From positions 1,728,001-1,792,000 of the forward strand of contig OZ255726.1 in assembly GCA_965277405.1 (NCBI GenBank): a stretch of DNA of 64,000 nt, read 5' to 3'. Positions 44,577 through 55,151 of the stretch are shown here, in pieces. Both the position numbers and the translations under genes were made by a program. The notes under the pieces are model-generated. The model ran no database searches and was not told the origin of the DNA. It was given only the letters and a program-made list of their open reading frames with translations. The stretch's first letter is position 1, and each line of letters opens with the position of its first letter. This stretch comes from Gammaproteobacteria bacterium. Its GTDB lineage: Bacteria > Pseudomonadota > Gammaproteobacteria > G965277405.

Positions 44577-44750
44577 TTAAAGGTATGAATGGGTGTGCTA
44601 GACCACCGCGCCTATCACCGTAAAGCCGCTTTCTGGGTCGCGATGGTCGATGTCTATCTGGTCGTAGAATTTATTCGCGCTCATTAGTCGAACGCATTTA
44701 TTGTTCATTTTTGACAGCAACTTGACGTAGAGCACGTCGTCTACCCTTAC
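44577..44750 (-). pseudogene. Second, diverged copy of the repressor S24 C-terminus
   Basis: VRVDDVLYVKLLSKMNNKCVRLMSANKFYDQIDIDHRDPESGFTVIGAVV*HTHSYL* aligns with 45869-46040. Confidence 0.88.
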
Positions 44751-44892
44751 CGCAGGCGGCGGCTTAAACTTTAACCAATGGTTATTACTGGGTGGTTTTG
44801 TACTTGGAATCCGTGACATGCGCGGTCAACTGGTATTACCGCCACAAAACATTCAAGTTGTTACAACGCCAAGAAGTGCAACATGATAAAAT

Positions 44893-45456
44893 TTAGGCGG
44901 AGTGGCTGGCTTTATAGATGGGATGCTCAACACTGCTAAAGTATGCGGCTTCATCTAATTTTAAAAACGGATACTTTACTCCACGATAAAATAATAATAA
45001 TGCACAAACAGGCACAATAAGCACCAAAGCCATAGGTGATGCTGCGATATGAATAACTATAAGCCTATGCATTTTCTCTAATACCTTATTGACGATAGCC
45101 CGTTGCTCTTTTGAATATTGTTGTGTGCTCTGCAGCAAAGCATCGGCAAAGTCATTGCGTTTGATTTTCTGTTTGAGCTCTTTTGTATTTGGACTAATCA
45201 GCAGAAAAATAAATTGTAAAAGACTTAACGTATGCGCATAACGAATAAAACCATTTAAAGAAGTGCGCAATAATTCATACGCTTGGTCATCAAATTGTAA
45301 TTTGCCTGTGCTAGCGGAATCAAAAAGCTCATCTCGCAATACAAACAACTTATGGCGAAAGCGCTCTACTCGGTATTCTTCGTATAACCAAAAGCAAAAT
45401 ATGCAAACAAACGCAAGCCCAGCCAAAGACAACAGTACCATGAGTAAATCAGTCAT
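44893..45456 (-). CDS. Hypothetical membrane protein
   Basis: 187 aa; N-terminal TM segment, amphipathic helices, C-terminal hydrophobic segment; ATGA overlap with the upstream gene. Confidence 0.8.
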   Translation of the reverse strand: MTDLLMVLLSLAGLAFVCIFCFWLYEEYRVERFRHKLFVLRDELFDSASTGKLQFDDQAYELLRTSLNGFIRYAHTLSLLQFIFLLISPNTKELKQKIKRNDFADALLQSTQQYSKEQRAIVNKVLEKMHRLIVIHIAASPMALVLIVPVCALLLFYRGVKYPFLKLDEAAYFSSVEHPIYKASHSA

Positions 45457-45860
45457 TGTTTATCCTCTATTCGTGTTTCTCCAAGATTGCCAAGTTGACT
45501 CGATGTTCTGTTTTCATCAATTCGTCTTTCTAGCCATTTAATACGTTGAGATAAATAAAAAATCTTTTCTTGTTTGAGTTTTCGTTGCCATAGTGCGTAA
45601 CAGACTATCAAGATAAAGCATAGCATAGTTATTGTAATAACAGTTTGGCTTTTTCCTAAAAATTGAAAGGCTATGCTGACATCAGTGATTGTTACTTTTC
45701 CTGCCAGCTCAACTACAGACTTGTATGCAAAGAATGCAATACACACCAACGCGCCCCAGCGAATTAAAAAACGCACGGTTTGCGCGTTCTGTACAACCTT
45801 CTGCATTTGCTCGCGTGATTGTATTTCAAGTTTATGCAATGCTTCTTTTTTTTGTTTCAT
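45453..45860 (-). CDS. Hypothetical two-TM protein with charged coiled C-terminus
   Basis: 135 aa; two hydrophobic segments; starts 8 bp after the restored repressor stop. Confidence 0.8.
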   Translation of the reverse strand: MKQKKEALHKLEIQSREQMQKVVQNAQTVRFLIRWGALVCIAFFAYKSVVELAGKVTITDVSIAFQFLGKSQTVITITMLCFILIVCYALWQRKLKQEKIFYLSQRIKWLERRIDENRTSSQLGNLGETRIEDKQ

Positions 45861-45868
45861 GTTCTATA

Positions 45869-46529
45869 TTAAATATATGAATGGGCGTGCCAGACCACGG
45901 CGCCGATTACCGCAAAGCCGCTTTCTGGGTCGCTGAGGTCGATTTCGATCGGGTCGTAGAATTTATTGGCGCTCATGAGGCGCAGGGTTTTTTGTTAGCA
46001 ACGACAATAATTTAACATACAGCACGTCGCCGACCCGCACCACAAACGGCATCGCGGCGGTGGGGATTGTTTTGCTGGTATCGAGCATGATCAGGTCTTT
46101 GTCGCGTAGCAGCGGCTCCATAGAATCGCCATACACTCGAATTAACGAGAGGTCTTTGGCGTATAAGCCTTTGTTGCTTATCCATTTTTTAGAGAACCAG
46201 TGTTTGTTGTCGGCCAGCGCGTGGTCGGCAGGATACGCGCCAAACCCAGCACTAGCTGCGATTGGGTAATGGTCGATACCAACCAAGTCATCGTCCGCCA
46301 CTGCGCTGGCGGCGGCGCGGTATATTTCTTCGTCATCAGCACATAATTGATCCATGGAGATGTTCAACGCATTAGAAATACGCTGTAGTGTGTCAATCCT
46401 AGGCAAAGCACCATTCTTTATTTTTTGTAGGCTTTGAGGAGGTGTTACAGACATTCTAGATAGCTTAGCCCAGTTTCCGCCACACTGAATATCTACTTGC
46501 GTGGATAAATTGCGTAAAAAAACACTCAT
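45869..46529 (-). pseudogene. CI-like phage repressor (XRE HTH + peptidase S24), frameshifted near the 3' end
   Basis: HTH, ASAG cleavage site, GDSMEP Ser, YVK Lys; frame shifts at T6 45988-45993 and continues TLRLMSANKFYDPIEID...VIGAVVWHAHSYI*. Confidence 0.88.
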
Positions 46530-46606
46530 AGCTTATTTTAGTTGTTGGTATATATGCTTTAGTGTGCACTCTGTGCATCTTTCGTATACCTGTAAAGGTT
46601 CTAAAC

Positions 46607-46828
46607 ATGAGCAATCGTAGCACAACTGAACCCAGGTTACGCTTATTACGTGAAACTCGAGCCAATGCAATTCTTAGTGGACAAACGTTTTCTGGCATTG
46701 CGCACAAGCTAAATATTCATCACGCGCATTTGCGCTGGTGTTTCACTGGCGATCGTAATGGTCCAAAAGCGCAAGAGCATCGGCGCAAGGCAGTCCAAAT
46801 TGCCTCGCAACATAATGAACGCAAATGA
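46607..46828 (+). CDS. Ner/Cro-like small DNA-binding protein of Mu-like phages
   Basis: Divergent from the repressor; RA.....G.T....A.......H.R....G..NGPKA...R pattern. Confidence 0.65.
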   Translation: MSNRSTTEPRLRLLRETRANAILSGQTFSGIAHKLNIHHAHLRWCFTGDRNGPKAQEHRRKAVQIASQHNERK

Positions 46829-46876
46829 GCATGATGTGTTCCTTTGGCGCGATGGCCCTGCGGATTGGCTGAACGC

Positions 46877-48286
46877 TCAACTTAGATTGAGCAAATACTC
46901 CACCAATAAACTTACAGGTCTGCCAGTCGCACCTGGTTGATTTGCTGATTTTTTCCACGCGGTTCCGGCAATATCAAGATGCGCCCACTTCGCTGTACCG
47001 ACAAAATTTGATAAAAAGCACGCTGCGGTAATCGACCCTGCGTCACGCCCATTTGAGATATTTGGCAAATCTGCAACTGGGCTTTTTAATTGCTGATTAT
47101 ATTCATCCCACAAGGGCATCGGCCAGACTCGGTCGTATGAACGGTTACCCGCGGCAACAAGGGCATTCCCCAAGTTATCATCGTTGCTAAAGCATGCGCT
47201 GGCATGATGACCCAAGGCAATCACACACGCACCAGTGAGTGTGGCAATATCAATAATTGTTTTTGGCTGCCAGGTGTCAATCGTATACGCCAGGGCATCG
47301 CAGAGCACTAGCCGACCTTCGGCATCCGTATTGAGCACTTCGATCGACTTGCCGTTATACGCGCGGACGATATCCCCTGGTCTGGTTGCATTGCCGCTAG
47401 GCATGTTTTCTGCTGCTGCGACAACCCCTACCACGTTGATGGCAGGTTTGGCGAGCGCCATGACTTCCATGGTGCCAAGCACACTGGCGGCACCGCACAT
47501 ATCAAACTTCATTTCATCCATCGCGGCGGCAGGCTTCAAACTAATGCCACCTGTGTCAAATGTAACGCCTTTGCCGACAAGAGCGTGTGGTGCTTCACTC
47601 TTTGACGCACCTTGGTACGATACAATAATCAATTTTCCTTCGCGGTCACTCCCTTGACTTACTGCAAGAAATGCACCAAATCCGCGTTCTTCCAGCGCAG
47701 CTTCATCGAGTACTTCAACGTGCAAACTATCATGGAGTGCTGCTAGATTTTTTGCATGTTCAGCAAGCGTATCTGGAAAGCAGTCATTTGCTGGGGCATT
47801 TGCCAAATCGCGTGCAGATTTGACCCCAACTAGGGTCATTGATTCACGCTCCAGCTGCTTTTTATCCAATTTTTTGCCTACCAGTATAACTTCAGTAAGC
47901 GGTGTTGCCGACTGCGAAGATAGGTACCTATCATATTGGTAGCTATAGTTAAAAGCAGCGCGCATTGCCAAGCGCATCACCGCTGCTTGCTCTTTGGTAT
48001 CGGTTAAGACCACGCCGTCTAGCACCAGCGCTAATTTACTAACTTGATAGCTATCGACATATGCAAATGCTTTGGTCAATGTTTGCAACCATTGACTCAT
48101 CCCCAATCCATCTTTTGGTACGGTGAGGCACAACACTGGATATTCTTCAAAGCCAACTGCAAATTTTACTTGTTTTGCCTTTGCCGCAAATTGTTGTTTA
48201 TCGATAGGAAATGATTTTTGTTGTGAAGAAAACACTGCAACCATATCTGCACTGTGTAACTGTGGCTCTATAGAAAATTTAATCAT
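46877..48286 (-). CDS. pepA: Leucyl aminopeptidase (M17)
   Basis: GKGVTFDTGG, MKFDM, NTDAEGRL, ATLTGA, WAHLDIAG. Confidence 0.96.
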   Translation of the reverse strand: MIKFSIEPQLHSADMVAVFSSQQKSFPIDKQQFAAKAKQVKFAVGFEEYPVLCLTVPKDGLGMSQWLQTLTKAFAYVDSYQVSKLALVLDGVVLTDTKEQAAVMRLAMRAAFNYSYQYDRYLSSQSATPLTEVILVGKKLDKKQLERESMTLVGVKSARDLANAPANDCFPDTLAEHAKNLAALHDSLHVEVLDEAALEERGFGAFLAVSQGSDREGKLIIVSYQGASKSEAPHALVGKGVTFDTGGISLKPAAAMDEMKFDMCGAASVLGTMEVMALAKPAINVVGVVAAAENMPSGNATRPGDIVRAYNGKSIEVLNTDAEGRLVLCDALAYTIDTWQPKTIIDIATLTGACVIALGHHASACFSNDDNLGNALVAAGNRSYDRVWPMPLWDEYNQQLKSPVADLPNISNGRDAGSITAACFLSNFVGTAKWAHLDIAGTAWKKSANQPGATGRPVSLLVEYLLNLS

Positions 48287-49089
48287 GATTTATTTTGTAC
48301 TGTACTGTACTGTATTGTATTGAACCATAGTTGTGCGGTTCGCCCATTTTTAACACCACGTTGCTGCGCGTAGCGCAACGCATCTGCTGCTTGTTCCTCT
48401 CCCCAAGGTATATTTGCCCGCGTCGACATCCCTTGGGTGACATGCAAATATTGTTGTTGGCTCCAAGGATAAAAAGTAAGCCACAATCCGAACCGATCTG
48501 CAAGTGAAATTCGCTCTTCTACACTGTCGCGATAGTGTATTTCACCCGTAGTTGTGACGGTAACATCTGCGTTATCGCTGCTTGGTTCTGCCACTATATG
48601 TTTGCGGTTTGTTGTCACATACATCCGCATATTAATAGGCGCTGGTTGGATTGATCCTTCAAGCGCAGTTTTTAAGAATCGATACGCATTTTTATCGGTA
48701 TCAAACGCCAAATCATCACAATACAAAATAAAATGATATTGCAGAGAACGAATCGCCCAACATACTTCTGGAATAATGTGGAGATTTGCCGAATCAAGCT
48801 GAATTAATCGCAGCCCTTCATGCCGATAACAATCAAACACGGCACGAATTAAAGAAGACTTGCCGCAGCCCCTGCTGCCCCGCAGCAACACATGCTGTGC
48901 AGTGCTGTCTCCTTGCAGTAAGGATACAGTATTTTCGATGAGTTGTTGTTTTTGGGCATTAATTCCTAACAAGCTATCAGTTGATATTGTATCAAATGTG
49001 GTGATGGGATAAAACTTTTCGCTATACGGATACCAGATTGCCGCGTGATGTTGCCCCCAGTCAATGTTGGCTAAAATTGCATTATTCAT
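48283..49089 (-). CDS. AAA+ ATPase, DUF815 family
   Basis: G.RGCGKSS, GLRLI, FILYCDDL.F, LK..LEG, TTNR.H, E.ISL.DRFGLW. Confidence 0.9.
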   Translation of the reverse strand: MNNAILANIDWGQHHAAIWYPYSEKFYPITTFDTISTDSLLGINAQKQQLIENTVSLLQGDSTAQHVLLRGSRGCGKSSLIRAVFDCYRHEGLRLIQLDSANLHIIPEVCWAIRSLQYHFILYCDDLAFDTDKNAYRFLKTALEGSIQPAPINMRMYVTTNRKHIVAEPSSDNADVTVTTTGEIHYRDSVEERISLADRFGLWLTFYPWSQQQYLHVTQGMSTRANIPWGEEQAADALRYAQQRGVKNGRTAQLWFNTIQYSTVQNKS

Positions 49090-49639
49090 TCGCTGTCCGC
49101 ACCAGCACCTGCCAGCTCTTTATTAAATATTTGACCATCGAAAACACAGACATACAAGCAGAGACACATAAAATAACCACGCCCGCTTGTGCAGGCAATG
49201 AAGCAGGATCAGAGAGCAATAACATAAACGTGGCGGTCATTTGTAACGCTGTTTTTATTTTACCGATATTTTCGACAGCCATCACATCGCGTTCGCCTTG
49301 ATCTGCCAACCATTCGCGCAATGATGACATGGTTATCTCGCGCACCGCAATCACAATTGCTGGACCCAGCACCCACAAACTATGATGCTGATAAACAATG
49401 GAAAATAATACAGCAATTACCAAAATTTTATCTGCAACTGGGTCAATGAAACTCCCCAATCGAGATGAAACTTGCCAGCTTCTAGCAATCCACCCATCCA
49501 TCCAATCGGTTAACCCTGCAAGGGCAAATAACCCCGCCGCGCCATAATTAGACCAAGAATTGTCTAGCATATATATTACAACGATTGCCGGCAACATTAA
49601 GATGCGCAGTAAAGTCATGATATTGGGCACGTTATTCAT
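49082..49639 (-). CDS. pgsA: CDP-diacylglycerol--glycerol-3-phosphate 3-phosphatidyltransferase
   Basis: NVPNIMT.LR, TDW.DG.IAR......G.F.DPVADK, GK.KT..QM. Confidence 0.96.
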   Translation of the reverse strand: MNNVPNIMTLLRILMLPAIVVIYMLDNSWSNYGAAGLFALAGLTDWMDGWIARSWQVSSRLGSFIDPVADKILVIAVLFSIVYQHHSLWVLGPAIVIAVREITMSSLREWLADQGERDVMAVENIGKIKTALQMTATFMLLLSDPASLPAQAGVVILCVSACMSVFSMVKYLIKSWQVLVRTANE

Positions 49640-49655
49640 GTGTTGAGTATAGCCA

Positions 49656-50792
49656 TCAAGCTATCTGGTTATCAAAGCGTTTCCACCAAGGGGTGGCTAT
49701 TTTTGCGTGTTCGATGTGCAGCGCTGGTTGGCGGTGTTGTGATGGAGCAAGTGAGTCAACCACGGCGTGGGCAAGTTTGGGAGCCAGCGCGAGCTTTGTT
49801 GGCCACACAGTATAAATACGTCCTTGTTTATCGATACTGATATCAGTTGGCTTATTTCCAGTGCTCGTTGCTGCTTCAGCCCGATCAATGATGCAACTTG
49901 ACCATGTGCAGCCGCTGATGTCTAACCGCGGAAACAACTTTTGTAGTTGTTTGACTGCTGCAGCTTGTTGTTGCTTTGGACTACGCTGGACTCCTTCTTC
50001 GGCAAGCTGACCACCTAGTGACCAAGTTATTGCTCCATCATCATCCAGGTGGCTGGTAACTGTGACGCAAGGCGCGAGACCATTGCCCAAAACGTGGAAA
50101 TATAACCGTGGAAGTTGTGGCGAACGCATGAATATTTGATGCAGTTTTCTGCGTTGCATTGGAGTTGATGACAGCGTTTGGTTGCCAGTTCCCGCACTAC
50201 ATATAAGATGCTCGGCGTGGATTGTGTTGCCACCAATAGCAATCATTACGCCATCATCATTTTGGCGAATAGATGATGCTGACACTGCATGCCTGTATAT
50301 CGTTGTTGCGTGTTGTGTCGCCAAGTCGGCGACTACTTGGATGGGGTCGATAATAATTTCTGCGAGCGCGTAGCACATGCCCGAAAACCCCATGTCATAA
50401 ATCTCGTTTGGTAGGGCGCAGCTGCTAACTCGACCACGCAACGTTACCGCTGCAAATAACCCAGCAACCTTGTTCAGCACCGTGCTGGCTAATAGCAATT
50501 GCTGCTGTGCTAATATTGCTGAATTGGCTAAAGACACATCACCGTTGCTAGCAAAGGCTTGCTGCCACATCGCTGGCGCGTCTTGTAAGGCTATACTTTC
50601 TTTACCAAGGGTTCCAGTAAGGGCATATTTTAAGCCACCATGAATGATGCCCTGTGCACAAATAGTCTGTTGTTGTCCAAGACTTTCAGCTTCAAGGAGG
50701 ACGCTTGAATAGCCGCGCGCACGCAACAGCGCATGACACCAAAGTCCAGCAATGCCCCCGCCAATAACTACTACATCACATCGATGCATCAT
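49656..50792 (-). CDS. FAD-dependent oxidoreductase
   Basis: DVVVIGGGIAG Rossmann fold, QGIIHGGLKY, WPTKLALAP; start set at MMHRCD. Confidence 0.85.
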   Translation of the reverse strand: MMHRCDVVVIGGGIAGLWCHALLRARGYSSVLLEAESLGQQQTICAQGIIHGGLKYALTGTLGKESIALQDAPAMWQQAFASNGDVSLANSAILAQQQLLLASTVLNKVAGLFAAVTLRGRVSSCALPNEIYDMGFSGMCYALAEIIIDPIQVVADLATQHATTIYRHAVSASSIRQNDDGVMIAIGGNTIHAEHLICSAGTGNQTLSSTPMQRRKLHQIFMRSPQLPRLYFHVLGNGLAPCVTVTSHLDDDGAITWSLGGQLAEEGVQRSPKQQQAAAVKQLQKLFPRLDISGCTWSSCIIDRAEAATSTGNKPTDISIDKQGRIYTVWPTKLALAPKLAHAVVDSLAPSQHRQPALHIEHAKIATPWWKRFDNQIA

Positions 50793-50799
50793 CGAGACG

Positions 50800-52863
50800 T
50801 TATGCTTGCCGAGTATCGATAAGCGATAGGTCGCAGTCCTGAATAAGCAATGCATGGACGCGGAGCAACAATGCCAAACGGTTGTCACGCACTGCAATAT
50901 TGGTATCCATGACCATCACGTTTGCAAAAAAATCAGCTAATGGAGTATTGAGTGTTTTTAATAATTCAATAGGGTGAATTGTCGCTTCAACACTATGCTC
51001 AATCAAGGCGATAGTTTGCCATAATGTTACTTCTTCTTGCGTGGTAATGTATTTCTTTTGAACTGCTGCTAATTGCGAGCAATCAATGTTTTTTTCAGCT
51101 GCACGAATGATGTTTTTCACGCGTTTATTCGCGCTCACCAACGTGCTAAAGTCATGATCTTGCGCAAGCGATACGATTGCCTGTAATGCCGCAATGGCCC
51201 CTGACCAATTATACCCAAGAGCTACAGTCATAGCTTGTACATGATCACTAGGGAAGCGCTCATTCAACGCTACTTTTAAGCGCTCAAACATAAATAGGTA
51301 TACTTGCTCTGCTAGCTCAGATGGTTGTTGGGTACAGACTGAAACAAACAGTGCTGCGTGTTGGTTTAGCAATGCATGAATATCAATATCAATACATTGT
51401 TCGGTGAGAATCCGCAGCGCGCCAATAGCGCATCTACGCAATGCATATGGATCACTTTGTGAAGTTGGCTGCTTACCAATTGCAAATAAGCTCATTATTT
51501 GATCAAGTTTATCTGCTAAGGCAACAATACTGCTGGTTAATGTAGTCGGTAATGTGTCATTGGCAAAACGTGGCAAATAATGTTGTTCGATAGCATCGGC
51601 AACATGCTGTGATACGCCAATTTGCAATGCATAATATTTTCCCATGACACCTTGCAGTTTGGCAAACTCACCAACCATTGCTGAATTTAAATCTGCTTTG
51701 CACAATGTTGCTGCTTGGCGGACGTCGTCTGCGGCAATCCCTAATGCTACCGCAATGTTAGTACTGATATCTTCGATGCGTTGACAACGTTGTTCCATCG
51801 AACCAAGGCGTTGGGCAAACTCAACATCAGCCAAGTCTTTCGCCATTGCGGTTATACCGGTTTGGCAATCTTGGTTATAAAAAAATAATGCATCGTCCAA
51901 GCGCGGGGTGAGTACTCGTTGATTGCCTAATATAACTTGCTGGACGTCATGCGAGGCAATATTTGCAATTGTACAAAATGTATTGGCGATGCGGTTGGAG
52001 TCAATAGCGTGAAAAAACTTTTGGTGTTGACGCAGCGTTTCAACTAATACTTCCTTAGGTAGTTGCAGGTATCTATCAGCAAACTTGCCAATAATTGCTT
52101 GTGGCCATTCAACGAGACCAATAATTTCTGCGAGTAATGCATCATCTTGCACTATTTGAATTGGGGCAAGTTGTAGATTGATTGCAGCAATTTGCTGGCT
52201 GATGGTCTGCTGCCGTTGCTGTTGGTCAACCATAACATGCACCGACAACAACTGCTCTGCATATGTGTCTGCACTTACAATTGGCAGTGCGGCTGGTGCG
52301 TGAAATCTATGGCCATAGCTGTGATTACTACTGCGCACTCCAAAGATATCAAACTCAATGACTTGGGCACCAAACAGGCAGACGGCCCAACGCACAGGGC
52401 GGATAAATCTAGCCTTGCTGGCATTCCAGCGCATCGTTTGTTGCATTTCAAACTGCCAAATTTTATTCATCAATGCTGGGATTACTGTTGCTGCAGTTTG
52501 TCCTTGAGCTTGTTGGGTGAATGCCAGACGCTCGCCCTTATCACTCATAAATTTTTCTATAGAGTCGATTGCAACACCACATGATTGGGCAAAACCAAGC
52601 GCTGCCTTGGTTGGTTGGCCATCAACAAATGCTTGCGCAACAAATGGACCAATACGTGTAGTCGGTTGTGGCTCTTGTTGTGCAGCAACGCCATAGATGA
52701 GGCAGGCAAATCGGCGCGGGCTATGCCAGATGACTGCTGATTCATATGGCAACTGCATTTGCGAAAATACAATTGGAATGCGAGCAATCAGCTGTTGTTG
52801 AATGTCCTGTTGATAGCGTGAGGGTATTTCTTCAACACCCAATTCAAATAGCAATGTTGTCAT
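50800..52863 (-). CDS. glyS: Glycine--tRNA ligase beta subunit
   Basis: LLFELGVEEIP, FIRPVRW, GHRF, LVEWP, MVGEF..LQG.MG, SDPYALRR. Confidence 0.97.
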   Translation of the reverse strand: MTTLLFELGVEEIPSRYQQDIQQQLIARIPIVFSQMQLPYESAVIWHSPRRFACLIYGVAAQQEPQPTTRIGPFVAQAFVDGQPTKAALGFAQSCGVAIDSIEKFMSDKGERLAFTQQAQGQTAATVIPALMNKIWQFEMQQTMRWNASKARFIRPVRWAVCLFGAQVIEFDIFGVRSSNHSYGHRFHAPAALPIVSADTYAEQLLSVHVMVDQQQRQQTISQQIAAINLQLAPIQIVQDDALLAEIIGLVEWPQAIIGKFADRYLQLPKEVLVETLRQHQKFFHAIDSNRIANTFCTIANIASHDVQQVILGNQRVLTPRLDDALFFYNQDCQTGITAMAKDLADVEFAQRLGSMEQRCQRIEDISTNIAVALGIAADDVRQAATLCKADLNSAMVGEFAKLQGVMGKYYALQIGVSQHVADAIEQHYLPRFANDTLPTTLTSSIVALADKLDQIMSLFAIGKQPTSQSDPYALRRCAIGALRILTEQCIDIDIHALLNQHAALFVSVCTQQPSELAEQVYLFMFERLKVALNERFPSDHVQAMTVALGYNWSGAIAALQAIVSLAQDHDFSTLVSANKRVKNIIRAAEKNIDCSQLAAVQKKYITTQEEVTLWQTIALIEHSVEATIHPIELLKTLNTPLADFFANVMVMDTNIAVRDNRLALLLRVHALLIQDCDLSLIDTRQA

Positions 52864-52896
52864 AGTTATAACTTGTTTCCAAAATAGTAAATCGCG

Positions 52897-53781
52897 TTAT
52901 CCATCTGTAGCATTTTTGCTCAGGGGAAAGCCCAACAGCTCGCGTTGTAGAAAATATGATTTAGTGACTTTGCTCGCTAATGCGCGCACCCGAAAAATAT
53001 ATTGCTGGCGTTGGGTCGTGGAAATGGCATGGCGTGCGTCAAGCAAATTAAACACGTGTGAAGCAGTCAGCACTTGTTCATACGCGGGCAGGGGTAGTTG
53101 CGCATCAATCAGAGTAGTCACCATTGATTCTGCATTAGAAAATTGCCCACGTAGCGCAGCAATGTCTGCATAGTGAAAATTATACTGCGATTGTTGTATT
53201 TCATTTTGTAAATAGACATCACCATAGCTAACGCTGCCTGTCCACACCAAGTCATATACACTGTCAGCGCTTTGTAAATACATTGCTAAGCGCTCCAGAC
53301 CATAGGTAAGTTCGACCATCACCGGGTCACATTCTAGTCCACCAGTTTGTTGAAAATAGGTGAATTGACTGACTTCCATGCCATTGAGCCAAACTTCCCA
53401 GCCAAGCCCCCACGCGCCAAGCGTTGGTGATTCCCAATTGTCTTCAACTAAGCGTAAATCATGTGCCTGAGGGTCAATTCCTAGCTCAATCAATGAGTTG
53501 AAATACAAATCTACAATGTTTGCTGGCGCTGGCTTCATGACTGCTTGAAACTGATAGTAATGTTGCAGGCGATTTGGGTTCTTGCCATACCGTCCATCTG
53601 TTGGGCGACGCGATGGTTGTACATATGCGGCATTCCATGGTTCAGGTCCAATCGCACGTATAAATGTTGCTGGGTGAAATGTTCCTGCGCCAACCTCTTT
53701 ATCCAGCGGCTGCATTATCACGCATCCCTGTTTTGACCAGTATTGTTGTAGGGAGAAAATAATTTCTTGAAACGTTGGCAT
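52897..53781 (-). CDS. glyQ: Glycine--tRNA ligase alpha subunit
   Basis: [37 protein letters not shown]. Confidence 0.98.
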   Translation of the reverse strand: MPTFQEIIFSLQQYWSKQGCVIMQPLDKEVGAGTFHPATFIRAIGPEPWNAAYVQPSRRPTDGRYGKNPNRLQHYYQFQAVMKPAPANIVDLYFNSLIELGIDPQAHDLRLVEDNWESPTLGAWGLGWEVWLNGMEVSQFTYFQQTGGLECDPVMVELTYGLERLAMYLQSADSVYDLVWTGSVSYGDVYLQNEIQQSQYNFHYADIAALRGQFSNAESMVTTLIDAQLPLPAYEQVLTASHVFNLLDARHAISTTQRQQYIFRVRALASKVTKSYFLQRELLGFPLSKNATDG

Positions 53782-53839
53782 TATTGAGATAGCTAAGTGT
53801 TATAGGTAAGAACTAATACAGTTAATCAAAGGCTGCTAA

Positions 53840-54124
53840 TGAAACTCTGATTAAGTCGCTGCTGGAGCGAGTTTGATGGCAATTGCTGATGTTTGCAAGG
53901 AGCAAATCGCTAAGCGCATGCCTTAGCATATACGCCAAGGGATGCAACACAGCAAGTACCGCTGCCGCAAACCCAAAGTATATTCAACGGAAGGACGGGA
54001 AAAACGCTGCGCTAACGTCGTTGCAGTACTTGATAATACCCATCAATGTTAGCTGGGCACTGCGCTTAAGTTTCATCATCTTTTTTTCTCCGTCTCGCCC
54101 ATCATGGAATTAATCAGAGCTTCC
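53840..54124 (+). mobile_element. IS5-related MITE, full copy (285 bp)
   Basis: CTAA-TGAAACTCTGATTAA ... TTAATCAGAGCTTCC-CTAT; abuts the ruvB stop codon. Confidence 0.93.
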
Positions 54125-55150
54125 CTATGGGAATAAGGATTGGGATTGTGTTGGTTTACGTTGGCAGTGTTCATACGCTTTTGTTGCGGCCATCCGACCA
54201 CGAGAAGTTCGTTCAAGATACCCTTGTTGGATTAAATATGGTTCGATAAAATCTTCAATAGTTGCTTTATCCTCGCTCAAAGCAGCTGCTAATGAGTCGA
54301 GTCCCACTGGACCGCCATGAAAGCGTTCGATCACAGCCAGTAGCAGCTGTCTATCGAGTTGGTCTAAGCCGCGGGTATCGACGTTCAGCATTTTTAATGC
54401 ATTTTCAGCTGTTGTTTGCGATATCACACCATCACTTTTAATTTGAGCATAATCACGCACCCGGCGCAACAATCGGTTCGCAATCCGTGGTGTTCCTCGC
54501 GCTCTTCTGGCAATTTCAGCTGTGCCCTGAGACTGAATGTCAATAGCGAGTTTATTTGCTGAACGTTCGATAATGGTTGCCAGGTCGGCATCTGAATAAT
54601 ACTCTAATCGCAACACAATGCCAAAGCGGTCACGCAGCGGGCTTGTGAGCATTCCGGCGCGTGTTGTCGCAGCCACTAAAGTAAATTGCGGCAAATCCAG
54701 TTTGATGGAGCGTGCCGCAGGCCCTTCACCGATCATAATATCTAGCTGCAAGTCTTCCATTGCTGGGTACAACATTTCTTCTATGGCGTTATGCAGCCGG
54801 TGTATTTCATCGATAAATAGCACATCTCCATGCTGTAGGTTTGACAACATTGCCGCCAAGTCGCCAGCACGCTCAATCGCCGGGCCAGATGTTGTATGCA
54901 GTTTAGTCGACATCTCTGCCGCGATGATATGCGCTAGTGTGGTTTTTCCTAAGCCAGGAGGACCAAAGATCAAGCAATGGTCTAACGCATCCCCGCGCTG
55001 ACGCGCAGCCTGCAAAAAAATATCAAGTTGTTCAGTGGCTATTGGCTGCCCAATATATTCCTTAAGCGTTTGTGGGCGCAAGGCGCGGTCATAGCGTTGC
55101 TCCTCAACTGTAGCATCAGCACCAATAAGACGTTCTTCTTCAATAGCCAT
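54125..55150 (-). CDS. ruvB: Holliday junction helicase RuvB
   Basis: [43 protein letters not shown]. Confidence 0.98.
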   Translation of the reverse strand: MAIEEERLIGADATVEEQRYDRALRPQTLKEYIGQPIATEQLDIFLQAARQRGDALDHCLIFGPPGLGKTTLAHIIAAEMSTKLHTTSGPAIERAGDLAAMLSNLQHGDVLFIDEIHRLHNAIEEMLYPAMEDLQLDIMIGEGPAARSIKLDLPQFTLVAATTRAGMLTSPLRDRFGIVLRLEYYSDADLATIIERSANKLAIDIQSQGTAEIARRARGTPRIANRLLRRVRDYAQIKSDGVISQTTAENALKMLNVDTRGLDQLDRQLLLAVIERFHGGPVGLDSLAAALSEDKATIEDFIEPYLIQQGYLERTSRGRMAATKAYEHCQRKPTQSQSLFP

Positions 55151-55151
55151 T

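Larger units (their letters stand above)
44577..46876. mobile_element. Mu-like prophage immunity-region remnant
   Basis: Divergent S24 repressor and Ner/Cro-like gene; a further ORF (MNANEHDVFLWRDG, 46815) runs into the pepA 3' end; no transposase or structural genes. Confidence 0.65.

Noticed and set aside
44577-46040. Diversity-generating retroelement TR/VR pair
   Set aside because: Differences are not adenine-specific and many are synonymous; no reverse transcriptase in the window
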